From the NCBI GenBank assembly GCA_047495785.1, contig JBLDXI010000019.1:806001-870000 (forward strand): a stretch of DNA of 64,000 nucleotides, in the 5' to 3' direction. This document shows positions 41,976 through 53,100 of the stretch, one piece after another; position 1 is the stretch's first letter; each line of letters begins with the position of its first letter. The DNA comes from Lepidodermella squamata (taxonomy: Eukaryota; Animalia; Gastrotricha). Both the position numbers and the translations under genes were made by a program. The notes under the pieces are model-generated. The model was not told where the DNA came from. It did not search any database and worked only from the letters and a program-made list of their open reading frames with translations.

Positions 41976-43199
41976 CTATGATGACCACTTCAGAAACATG
42001 AGAATATGAATTAGCAATGTGGTTAACAACGTCAAAGAAAATGCGATCATATCACACAGGTTTAGGACCGTCATTTTTGAAAATGGATATCGTGTAGTGG
42101 CCGTACTATTCCACCATTTGAACTCAGAAAAGTGAGTTGTGAAGCAAAAATAGATGGTTATTAAAGCTGCTAACCATAACAGACTAGTAAAGTAGATAGT
42201 TACAGTTAACGGACTGTTAGATTGAGGAAGTTTAGCCTCTACAATTGCTTGAAGAAGGAAGTAACTCAGAACTATAGAAAAGCTCAAACTCGGCCGCTCA
42301 GGTAATTTGGCCGGTAAGGCGAACTGACAAAGCAACAGGGCAAACAGAGCAAAAGCAGGGACAAACAAGTTGATGATGTAACTCGAACCAGAACGTTGCA
42401 TGATGAAGGTGAATTTGCACCTGCTATAGTTCTGTTTTCCATAATTGACGGTTTTCTTGCTGTGCATTAGCCCTGTTAAATTCCAGACGCTGGCATAATT
42501 CATGAAATTGCTAGGAATCTCTCTACCGTCAGCTGATGCAGCCTGAAATCCGCCATTTTTGGCTGCAACCAGCATTACGGGCGACCAGAGTTGGAAAGTC
42601 AGTGAACACATTACGGAATCAAAGGGGAATCGACTCAAATTAGCTGTCAAATCGCAGTAGGAAACATATTTCCCCACTGCATCGTAGCCAGCTAATCCTT
42701 TTTTGTCGATGTAATGAGTTACGTAATGCCCTGAACTGGCGATGTCATTTACAGCGAAAACGTCGTCAGCACTGTTGGGCTGCCAAATAACGGGGTACCA
42801 AATCGGGAATTTGTCCTGCTTATTGGAGTCTGCGAAGTCAATCGGCCGAATTCGCCAGACATGACCCCAGTTCGGGTCATCCATCCATTTAACACACGGT
42901 AGGTTCCACTGAACAATCACGAAACCTGTTATAGTAATGGTCTGTTCAAGGTCGTTTATGTGATTGAACTTGATAAGCTGGAATTTTACGGTTACGTTGA
43001 CTGGGTCGCGGTAGTCGTAAACAGGTCGAAAGGTAGAACTGAGAGAAGAGCATTTCTGTAGCAATAGATTCGCTAGCTGTTCTTCGTGTGACAGCGACGT
43101 GTTGTCATTAACAGGGCCCAAAGTTGAAATCGCTTCGAAAGCCTCGAACGGGAGAATTAGGGAAAAAGCGGTTACAATTATTTTCATCATGAGAACCAT
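41976..43199 (-). CDS. Atypical Cys-loop ligand-gated ion channel subunit, intronless (copy 3)
   Basis: Signal peptide, FRPV...PVNV, IWYPVIW, Cys-loop CDLTANLSRFPFDSVMC, four TM helices. Confidence 0.88.
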   Translation of the reverse strand: MVLMMKIIVTAFSLILPFEAFEAISTLGPVNDNTSLSHEEQLANLLLQKCSSLSSTFRPVYDYRDPVNVTVKFQLIKFNHINDLEQTITITGFVIVQWNLPCVKWMDDPNWGHVWRIRPIDFADSNKQDKFPIWYPVIWQPNSADDVFAVNDIASSGHYVTHYIDKKGLAGYDAVGKYVSYCDLTANLSRFPFDSVMCSLTFQLWSPVMLVAAKNGGFQAASADGREIPSNFMNYASVWNLTGLMHSKKTVNYGKQNYSRCKFTFIMQRSGSSYIINLFVPAFALFALLLCQFALPAKLPERPSLSFSIVLSYFLLQAIVEAKLPQSNSPLTVTIYFTSLLWLAALITIYFCFTTHFSEFKWWNSTATTRYPFSKMTVLNLCDMIAFSLTLLTTLLIHILMFLKWSS

Positions 43200-44442
43200 G
43201 ACCTCGATTAATCTTAAATGATTTTATTAAAATCAGACAAACAATTATTGCATGTATTAAGCAAATAACAAATATTGTTGAAGTAAATGCAATCAAATCT
43301 AGAAAAGCAATTAACCCCATCCGGAACGGCAGGTTGATTTTACGACCTTGCCACTTATCCTTCCCGCAAATGTAGTTCGACAGGCAAAAATAAACCGTCA
43401 ACCCAGTTCCTAACCAAAGCAATGCCGTCAAATAGAGGGAAACATAAATCGGATCGCTAGAGGACGGCAGCTTTTCATCGACAATCGCTTGTAATAAGAA
43501 GTAGGTCATAACAATTGTTAGCGAGAAAATAGGACGGCCTGTATCATTCGCTGGCATCAGCGTCGAAAATTGCAGCATTAAAAATAGCGCGAAAATCGGC
43601 ATATGTCGAATGTCGAGAATATAAGATGCGCTTCTTCTCTTCAAGACATAAGCGAAATTGAAGCGTTCGTAATAGCTTTTCCCATAAGGAACAGACTCTT
43701 GTGATGAGTAAAGACCAACTAGCTCCCAAACATCAGATTTACTGATAAAGTCGGGTGGAATGGCCGATGTATTCCCTGTGACTAAATCAACGTAAGCTGA
43801 TTGAAAGCCAAGGTTCGTTCCAGTAACGATATTCACCGGGGACCAAGCTTGAAACTGAAGAAAACAAGTTACCGAATCAAAGGGAAATCGGCTAAGATTG
43901 GCAGCTAGATCACAATATGCTTCGTATTTTCCGACAGCGTCATATCCAGCTTTTCCTTTCCTGTCAATGTAATGGGTTACGTAGCGATTTCCATTCACAA
44001 CATCATCGACGGACAGAACATTGTCAACTCCGTTGGGCTGCCAGATGAAAGGAAGCCACATCGGGTAGCTGCCGCTCACGGAATAATCTATCGGTCGGAT
44101 TCGCCATACATGCCCCCAATTTGTGTCATTTATCCACCCGGGGCAATTAACAAGGTCCCATTGCACGATGACAAAGCCAGTGATCGAAACTACTTCCATA
44201 GAATCATCGATTCCATTGAATTTCACGTTTTGAAACCGTATTTCAATGTTGATTTTATCCGTGAATTTGTCTGCCGGGCGAGACATTCGTTTCAGTGATG
44301 GACATCTTTCATAGATCAATTTAGCTAGTTCTTCCTCTTCAGATAATCCTGAACTCGCATTTCTCGGAGGGAGCAGAAGATCTCCTTGGCCAGCTATGGC
44401 TTTAATCAGATAAGTGATTAGCAGGAGTGATATTATCTTCAT
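43108..44442 (-). CDS. Atypical Cys-loop ligand-gated ion channel subunit, intronless (copy 2)
   Basis: Cys-loop CDLAANLSRFPFDSVTC; four TM helices; C-terminus overlaps the next gene. Confidence 0.85.
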   Translation of the reverse strand: MKIISLLLITYLIKAIAGQGDLLLPPRNASSGLSEEEELAKLIYERCPSLKRMSRPADKFTDKINIEIRFQNVKFNGIDDSMEVVSITGFVIVQWDLVNCPGWINDTNWGHVWRIRPIDYSVSGSYPMWLPFIWQPNGVDNVLSVDDVVNGNRYVTHYIDRKGKAGYDAVGKYEAYCDLAANLSRFPFDSVTCFLQFQAWSPVNIVTGTNLGFQSAYVDLVTGNTSAIPPDFISKSDVWELVGLYSSQESVPYGKSYYERFNFAYVLKRRSASYILDIRHMPIFALFLMLQFSTLMPANDTGRPIFSLTIVMTYFLLQAIVDEKLPSSSDPIYVSLYLTALLWLGTGLTVYFCLSNYICGKDKWQGRKINLPFRMGLIAFLDLIAFTSTIFVICLIHAIIVCLILIKSFKINRGHGSHDENNCNRFFPNSPVRGFRSDFNFGPC

Positions 44443-44654
44443 TGAAAAAAAGCTTCATCTGTCTCAAAACTAAAGCTTCATATGCACTGCTTCACCGTGA
44501 AGTGATCATTTTTATATATACGCAGTCTGCAGAACGGTACATGGGTAACAAACGGGGTGGTCGATGTTTGCTCAAGCATTTTGCGAGGAAGTAACTCCCG
44601 CCACCCTATAGTTTGAGTTTGTTTTACCATCAATGATTCTTCTTGATATCAACT

Positions 44655-44726
44655 GGCTCAGTAGCTTAGTGGTAGAGCGTCTGTCTCGTAAACAGAAGAT
44701 CGCGGGTTCAATTCCCGCCTGGGCCT
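44655..44726 (+). tRNA. trnT-CGT: tRNA-Thr(CGT)
   Basis: Acceptor GGCTCAG/CTGGGCC, D-arm TAGCTTAGTGGTAGAGC, anticodon arm TCTGT-CTCGTAA-ACAGA, T-arm GCGGG-TTCAATT-CCCGC, T-run downstream. Confidence 0.95.
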
Positions 44727-44796
44727 TTGATAACTTTTTATAATCTGGCATGCATTCCAATTAGCCTTCATCCAAATACTTTCTAACAGTGTTTAT

Positions 44797-45090
44797 GGCT
44801 GGAAGCAGTGGCGCGCTTCTGTAACTCAGCGACTTGAGAGCCGGGCTTGCCGAATGGCTGGCCGGTGGGAGCCCTGTCTCTGGATGTCACATGTCGATCG
44901 AGCGCCCCGTGTAAGTACGCCATCAACATGGTCGGTGCGGCGGAGGCCGTACTGCCCAGGTTGTGTAATGACACGTCAAAGGTCAGGTCCTAACGGAAGC
45001 AGCCTAACGATGTGCGTGGTGAGCGGTACCGGGACAGTGCTTGTGAATGTGCGCCTTAGCCAGCCCATCGGTTCAGCTGGACGCAAACCT
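44797..45090 (+). ncRNA. Signal recognition particle RNA (7SL)
   Basis: Alu-like 5' part GTGGCGCGCTTCTGTAACTCAGC, CATCAACATGGT, helix 6 GTGCGGC-GGAG-GCCGTAC, helix 8 CAGGTCC-TAAC-GGAAGCAG, TGTGAAT; about 295 nt ending in a Pol III T-run. Confidence 0.88.
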
Positions 45091-45155
45091 TTTTTTGTTT
45101 ATTCCACAATAAAAAATTTCACATCAATGATTACTTATACATTTTTATATCGATG

Positions 45156-46400
45156 TCAACCTCTGATGAGGATTGCGAAAAGTATCCCGTGAATAATTAC
45201 GGTAACAAGCACAGAGATAGCGAAACACGTGAAGTCAATAGCCGACAAAGCTTTAATTTTTCCAAGGCCGGGCGACTTGATATATTTCTGTTTCCAGTTC
45301 TCGCGCGAGCATAGAAAGTTCATTGCGCAAAAATACACTGTTAGACCAGTTCCAAGCCATAGGAGACCGGTTAGATAGAGCGAAACGTAGATGGGTTCAC
45401 TTGATTGAGGAAGCTTTTGATCGACAATGGCTTGCAGGAGAAAATAGGTCATGACTATTGTCAGAGTAAATGTAGGCCGGCTACTATCATCCGCTGGAAT
45501 GAAGAACGCGCCAAGAATCATCAGGAACAAAGCAAAAGTTGGAACGAATATGCTCAGTAAAAACGAAATGCTTCTTCTTTTTAGGATGTAAGCGTAGCTG
45601 AACCTTGTATAATTGGCTTTGCCGTAAGGTACTGGTCCCTCGAAGTAATATATGTCTTTCAGCTCCCAAACATCGGCAACACTGATAAAATCTTGTGGTA
45701 TAGGCGAGAGCTCGCCTGTGGCGGGGTCCGTAAATGAAGCTGGGAAGCCCAAGTTGGTTCCAGTGACCAACGTTGTAGGGGACCAGGCTTGAAATTCCAG
45801 AAAGCAAGTCACGGAATCGAAGGGAAACCTAGTCATATTAGTAGCCAGATCACAATATGAAACATATTTCCCGACCGCGTCGTAACCAGCTTTACCCTTC
45901 CTGTCGATGTAGTGAGTGGTGAAACGATTTGAGCCGGCTATATCATCGACTGAGAATACGGCTTCAGCCCCATTCGGCTGCCAAAGCACTGGAAACCACA
46001 TCGGATAGTTTCCGGTATCCGAAAAGTCGATGGGTCGAATTCGCCAAATATGACCCCAGTTAGAATCATTCAGCCATGGCGGGCAGTCGACTAAATTCCA
46101 TTGCACAATTACAAAGCCCGTAATCGAAATGTGCTCTAAGGTGTCGTCAATGCCGTTGAATTTCACGTTCTGAAATCGGACCTCAATGTTGATCTTGTCG
46201 TTGTATTTTTTCACTGGTCGAGTAACTCTTTTGAGAGACGGGCATCTCTCAAAGATCAAATATGCCAGTTCCTCTTCTTCAGACAATCCGGAGCTCTCGT
46301 TACGGGGAGGCAGAGGTTCATATGCAGACGATAACTGAATAATTATAGCTAAAAGGAGCAGTCCTTTAGCTGACATTTGAGGAGCGCAACGATGTCGCAT
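45156..46400 (-). CDS. Atypical Cys-loop ligand-gated ion channel subunit, intronless (copy 1)
   Basis: Cys-loop CDLATNMTRFPFDSVTC; signal peptide; four TM helices. Confidence 0.88.
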   Translation of the reverse strand: MRHRCAPQMSAKGLLLLAIIIQLSSAYEPLPPRNESSGLSEEEELAYLIFERCPSLKRVTRPVKKYNDKINIEVRFQNVKFNGIDDTLEHISITGFVIVQWNLVDCPPWLNDSNWGHIWRIRPIDFSDTGNYPMWFPVLWQPNGAEAVFSVDDIAGSNRFTTHYIDRKGKAGYDAVGKYVSYCDLATNMTRFPFDSVTCFLEFQAWSPTTLVTGTNLGFPASFTDPATGELSPIPQDFISVADVWELKDIYYFEGPVPYGKANYTRFSYAYILKRRSISFLLSIFVPTFALFLMILGAFFIPADDSSRPTFTLTIVMTYFLLQAIVDQKLPQSSEPIYVSLYLTGLLWLGTGLTVYFCAMNFLCSRENWKQKYIKSPGLGKIKALSAIDFTCFAISVLVTVIIHGILFAILIRG

Positions 46401-46657
46401 ATGGGGGACAAAAATCGGCCGCCTTTCAAAAATTGTTCATATACCCTAGTTGATGACGAGTTCGCCAGATTTTGATGATGTTCAAACAGAAGGTATGGAA
46501 TTCATTATTTGAGTAAGCCTAATTTTATCAGCGCAATCCGCAATCCGACAAATCTTCTTCTCCAATTTTTACCAGTAAGTAATTATTCTTTTGGCAGAAT
46601 ATAAATATCGATCCGATCCGATTGTACCAAGTATCGATTGTAACCATGTGACTTATA

Positions 46658-46849
46658 TCGCGACTTGCGCGCCAGAACAGTGTGCTGGAAATAGATAAAT
46701 GGCGTAAAATGCATTTGAAGCGCAGAACTGTTCAGCCTTTTTCTAGCGATCAGGCACGCGACCACCGACCAATTTGGCGAAGATGCAAGAAGTTAGTTTA
46801 CGTCATTTGTTTCTACCTCCTGCACACTGCTCTGGCGCGCAAGTCGCGA
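46658..46849. mobile_element. Short palindromic MITE-like element
   Basis: About 55-bp arms: TCGCGACTTGCGCGCCAGAACAGTGTGC... and ...GCACACTGCTCTGGCGCGCAAGTCGCGA. Confidence 0.6.
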
Positions 46850-47193
46850 ACACGATAACGAGCTAAACTTATTATCCCGTCCGGTTTATCATTGTTTTGA
46901 TGACAAGGTCTGGCTGACTTTTTGAATATTCGTGTAGGCGAAAAATCGTGATAGTCCATGCAGCGTCCGTCCACATATAAGTCACATGATTGTAGCAGTG
47001 AAATCCCGCCGGCGCCTTATTTGATCGCTTAAAGATCAGATCGCAACGCTCAAAAACCAGCTCTCCAGATCATTATTATTCCTTTTATTCTTCAAATTTT
47101 TACTAATTTTATTAGAAACAATTTTCGTTGCAAAAATATTCAGATAAATTATCACACAGAAACACATCATGAGATCAAAATATAACACACATT

Positions 47194-50100
47194 TTATCCT
47201 ACAACGAGCATTAAAGCAGGAGCGCGAAGAGAATAGACCTGAAATTCGTCTAGAAACGTATAGGTTTCACCAGGCTGTATCGGCATGTTGGTAGTGCCGA
47301 AACGCGCGGCTACAGCGAGGTACAGCCGGTCGACGGTGAATGCTAGGGCGTCATCAACGCCTGCCACAGGTATCACCCGAAGCTCCGGCGGTACCGAAAA
47401 ATGCGGGTAGTGGAACCCGATGAAGTCATCAGACAGAACCTGGAACCGCTGGTTCTCGGGTATCGTGAAGTTGTTGATTCCCACCCGACTAGTCCATGTT
47501 CGATGAGTTCCGAGAAGCTGCAGGGTCCCGCCAACTTTCCGCCAAACATCGAAATAGACAACGCGAGGAGCGTTGAGGCTGTAGTACACCCACTGTCTTG
47601 TTCTGCCGGAGCAGCCGGTTGTCAAATTGAAGAAAATATGCAAGAAAGACGAAAACGATTTTCCACTCAACGCTTGTATGGTGTCAAAGCGAGGCGGAAA
47701 ACTACTGCAAGGGACGTTGCCGAGGCACAACGGAGGGACTCCCCATTTACCGTCAATTCCACAGTAAATGGTTTTCGGGCCGGTGGGCTGCTCACCTGAT
47801 GAGCAGGTGTAAGTTGCGGTAAAACCGCCACTTGACAAACTCACCGACCCGCCATCGATTGATGGAGGTCTGGTCGAGGAGCAGTCTGGTGTCGTAACAT
47901 CAGCGGCTATACTCGAGTTCACGCCGATCAGTACCAAGGACAGAGATGCGGTGTTGCCAGACCCATCTACTGTGATGTTGTTAGGGTTGTTGTAATACAA
48001 CACCCCTCCCGACCATACCAACTGGCTGTGAATGACTGGGGCGAGATAGGAGAAGACAAGACCTCTGCTCGGGGTGAAGCCTAGTACTTGGTCTGATGTG
48101 CTTGTTTCGTAATGGAAACCCAAGTAATCCCCCTTCTCGACTTTCAGTTGGGATGCTGATGGGACGTCGTATGTTATCGACCCAAGTCTATCGGCTGTGA
48201 AGTAATTCACTCCGACTAGTTTGGCGCCACTGTTGTCAGGCAACGGGCGCCAGAGTCCCAAGTAAATACTTCCCTTGCCAATAGCCTGTAGCCGCCATCT
48301 GTACAACAACCCTCCAGAGCAAGGAAACGTAGCTGAAGGGAATAGGAAGCCTAGCGCAGTTACGTTGATGAACTGACCACTTGCATTAGAAATAGACCTA
48401 GCCGAACAACTCGTAGCGACTTCGCACTGAAGCGGTGGTGGGGTCGTCCAGCTACCCAACTGACTGCAATTTGCTACAACAGTCGACTGATTAGCGTAAA
48501 CAGGCGAAAAGCCTGTCGCGCATCGATAGGTCGCTGTCGACCCAGAAAGAGCTGGAGTGCCCACCGCCACAACAGCATTAGGCATAGCTGGTGGTGACGG
48601 GCAGGTTGCGGATGAAATATCTGCCCTGATTGCCGGTAACATGAACCGAGTACGCAATGCTAAATTGGAAGATGCAACGGAGAAATCACCCGGCCCTGCA
48701 CCCATCTGAAAGCCAAAAATCCGCTCGGAGTAATACGCGTCCCAAAGGGACGAGACTTGATTCGAACCCAAGCTATCCCTGGTATTACCCGATATTGTGG
48801 GAACGTCATAGGGTGACATGTAGTGGAAGCCTATCACATCACCCTGTTCAACGGGGATGTAATCGCTAGGTTTAAGGACGATTACATTCGAACCCTCCGC
48901 ACTTGGGACGACTTTGGTCAAGCCAATGAGATAGAAGACGTCAGACTTTAACCGCCACACGGCCAGGTAGCCCGACGCATTGGCGCTAGGATTAGCATAG
49001 GACGCATAATATCGCCATTGTGAGATCACCCCGTTACAAGCGATAGGATTGTTGAAAAATATATACAATGCGTTCGGAGGCGCTACGTAATCAACTCCAG
49101 TTGCCTCGTTACCGAATCCTCGGCAGGTAGCGGCTATGACTGGGTAGCCGCAGACCGGCGGAGAAGCCGACCACCTGCCGCCACTCTGACATGTGATTCT
49201 GAGACTGCCGGACAACAAAACCGTCCCAGCAGTGCAGTTGTAGTCGACTGTAGCTCCAACGCCGACAACTGATTTGCTGTTTGTTACAGCAAATTGGTCG
49301 GCAGAAGATCTTAGCACGCAAGTCTCGCTAGCAACCACAGTGGCTCGCAATACCGTCAACCGATTCAAAGGCAATCGACCACCGAAATCCAGAACTGTTT
49401 CAGGAACCGTTGCGCTAATAATGTTGTCAACGTCGTAGTTTCCGAGAAAGACCTCTAAATCCTTCCCTACATAGCCTGTTTTAGAGTAGGTTAGAAATCA
49501 AATACAATTCTTTCAAATTGTTTTACTTGAGATGTTTGACGTTGTATTTCCAATAACAGTCCCAAGAGTAACGATTTCCAAGGGTATTTCGTTGGAGTCG
49601 TAAAAGTAGCCGATCACATCACCAGGTCTCACCTGAATCGTTTGTAAGGTTACATTGTACAGTCATCACCAAGTACTTACCACTATTCCGGAAGTTTGAG
49701 CCTGAATCTCGGTATAGCCAGTTCCCGCGTAAGGTACCATTTGAGTACTACCGACGAGCGAATACTTGTAAGTTGAGTTGGCAGGGCGCCAAACCGCAAA
49801 ATACACCGGGGCTTCCGCGACTCGTATGTAGGCTTGCCACGTCCTGACGATGCCAGCGCATTTGAACACCTGATTCGGGTAAACGACGGCGAGCGATGTC
49901 TCGGATTTGAACATGTAAGCTGTGTCGTACGCCATACCTGCAGCACAAGTGCCACCCCGATCGGTAACAGTTGTGATTGTGGTTGTTGCCGTAGTTGTAG
50001 TAGTCGAGGTGGTTGACGTTGCTGTAGTCCTACGAGTAGTCGAGGACGTCGAACCAGTCGCGGAAGTAGTATCCTCCCTGTCCCAGAATGTAGTCGTCGT

Positions 50101-53100
50101 GGAGGAGGTCGGTATTGTCGTGGTTGTACCAGGCGTTGGCTCAGTGATATTGTCGCCAACTGCTGGTCTGAAAGTCGGCAGCGTTTGCACAGAAGTCGAC
50201 GATGTAGTCGTCGGGGTATCCCCAGCGACCAGAACCAACATTGGGCTTCTCAGAACATATGATTGAAACTCCGGTAGGAAGGAGTTCTCACTCCCAGGCT
50301 CTACAGGCATGTTCAAGGCACCGTATTTCCCAATGGTTGTCAAAAATAGACGATCAACTATTCCAAGGCTAAGATCCTCAATGCCAGCGATTGGGATCAC
50401 ATACAACTCAGGCGGCATTTCTGGGGTCGGATAATGAAATCCGATGTAATCTGTATCTCTGACCTGGAACTGCTGATTGTTTGGAATGGTATACACATTG
50501 ATTCCGACGTTAGTTGTCCAGATTCTGTGAGTTCCAAGTAGCCGCATCGTCGGGCCAATCTGCCTCCAAACATCCAAATAGATAACCCTTGGCGCGTTCA
50601 TGCTGTAGAAAATCCAGCGTCTCGTCAATCCCGAGCAGCCGATGGTGAGATTCATGAAAATATGCATGAAAGTCGACGAGCTGCGGTTGGTCAATTCAGG
50701 AATATTTTCGAACGGCGGAACGTAGCTACTGCATGCGAACTGGCCGGGGCATGCTGGCGGGGCTGTCCATTGCCCGCTTGTTTGGCAATAGCTGGCAGGA
50801 GGGCCGATACTATCTCCGCTGTTGCATCGATATACGGCTGTGAAGCCGTTGGGACTGACGGAAGGGCTGCCAGCATTGGAAATCGAGGCAGGCTGTGCGA
50901 AGCGTCGGCAATCCGGAGCTGGAAAATATTTCGCAATTAAAAAATTTAATTCAATTTTGAGCGGAATTAGTAAATAACTTACTAGTCACAGAAGCTCTCA
51001 GCAGCGGGTTCCCTTGCGAGCTAAGGGCGTTTATCGATCTGATGCCGTAAGTTGACCTACGCGCTCGGCGCACGCCAAGGTTTAGCGAACCTCCAGACCA
51101 AATGATGTCCGAATGGTTCATAGGAAGAGCTAACACCTGTACTGCATCTGGCGTGAAGGGGATAGCCGCAGAATAGTCATCGATCGAGTCGTATTGAACG
51201 CCAATAATGTCTCCAGGTAGAACAAGAATTCGTGACAATTCAGGTACGATGAAGTCCTGTTCATCCAAGCTCGCTGGGGTGAATTCATTGAACCCTACCA
51301 GCTTGTATATTCCTCCGGTTTTAGGCGGTCGCCAAACGGTGAGATACATTGTTTCACCGATCGTGGTCGGGAGTAATCTCCATTTCCATAAATAGCCACC
51401 GCCTTGGCAACGATCGAAAGTCAAGTTCGTGAAAAGATAGGCAAAGGATCGAACAGTTCGAACACCTGAGGCGTTACGAAAGCTTGCCAAACCCGTTGCG
51501 CAGGATTCGGCTAACACGCAATTTACGGGTACTGGAACTGCCCAAAGCCCCCGGGGTCCACAGGTTGCGTTGAAAACCGCCGTTCGAGGGCTTGGCTCAA
51601 ACCCACCCCGGCACGAATAAGTGACAGTTTGCCCGAGATTCCCGCTACTAGCCGAAGCCACCGCGTTAGGATAACTAGGCGGCGAGGCTGGGCAGAACGG
51701 AACGCTAATCTCCGCCCAAATAGCTGGTAGGACAATCTTTGAATCGAGAGCAAACAACTCCCTAGCGACCATGTAATCACCTGAACCGGCTTCCATTTGA
51801 TAGCCGTATATCTCAGAGGTTGAATACGCATCCCACAGCGAATTCACAGAGTTAGACCCAAGGGAGTCGCGAGTATTCCCAGATAGTAAGGGGATATCGA
51901 ACTCGGACATGTAGTGCATCCCGAGAAGGTCATTCTGCTCAACCGGTATGAACTCGCCCGGGTTAAGGTTGGCAATGTTCAACCCGACAAATTTCGGTAC
52001 TACCTTAGACATCCCGATAAGGTAGAAAAATGGCTCCCTGTAACGCCAAACTGCTAGGTAAGCAGATGCGTTATTAGCCGGATCGGCGTATGAGGCGAAA
52101 TACCGCCATTGGGTGATCATACCCCGGCAGCCTATAGAATTATTCGGGAATATATAAAGTCTCGATTCAAGGGCCACATAGCCCCGCCCAGTTGGGTCAT
52201 TGCCGATTGAACGACAAGACGCTGGGCTGACTAAATAGCCGCAGGTCGGCGCAGGGCCTGACCATCTATTCCCGCGTTGGCACGTGATTGAAGCTGTTCC
52301 TGACCGGATTACGCGGCCCTGGGTGCACGAGTATGTCACACTCGACCCGACAGCTACAACGTCGGTGCCATTGGCCGTTGCCAAGGCACCGTCGACAGTT
52401 GGGATGTTATCGCAGATGTCACTAGCTGTGACTGTTGCGTTAATCATCGCCATTCGGTAGCTCTTCAGCAAACCGCCGAAATCCATGACAGGAGTAGTTT
52501 GCGATAAACTTCGATCCTGAATGATATCCGACGCCATGTAGTTGCCAATTAAGACATCGGTCAGTCCAGAGTCTGAAAAATTAATAGCATAGCTACATAT
52601 AGGGATGTTCGATATAGCAAAATTTTACCATTGAAATTTTGAGAATAATTGCTGGTGAAACCAACGGCAGTTATCTCAATCGGCGATTCTTTCGAGTCGT
52701 AAAAGTAGCCAAGGACGTCGCCTGTTTTTACCACCATTTGAGGTAAAGCTGCCGCGAAATCAGCGACTCCGGGACCGTCGTATGGCACGTAGCGAGAGGA
52801 ACCAACCAGGGTGTAAGTGCCTGGTTGATCGCTAGGCCTCCAAACAGCGAAATAGACGGGAGCTTCGTCCTCTCGAATGAAAGCTTTGAAATAAAATGTT
52901 TAGTATCACTGTGAATTTTGGATGTATCTTTACCTTTCCACCGATTGAGAACTCCATTGCACTTGAAAGCCATGTTCGGATAAATGACCCCGAGAGACCC
53001 GCCTTCGAGACTAGAGCTAACGGGAACCACGTCAACTCCAGCCGAACAACGACCCCCTCGTTCTGTGATTGTCGTTGTTGTAGTCGTAGGGGTTGTAGTC

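Noticed and set aside
44572-45192. Small ORFs over the tRNA/7SL region
   Set aside because: Explained by the structured RNA genes.
50691-50936. Apparent frameshift in the Sushi-repeat gene
   Set aside because: The true exon frame from about 50918 is open into the 49666-50694 ORF; the listed ORF is an alternate frame.
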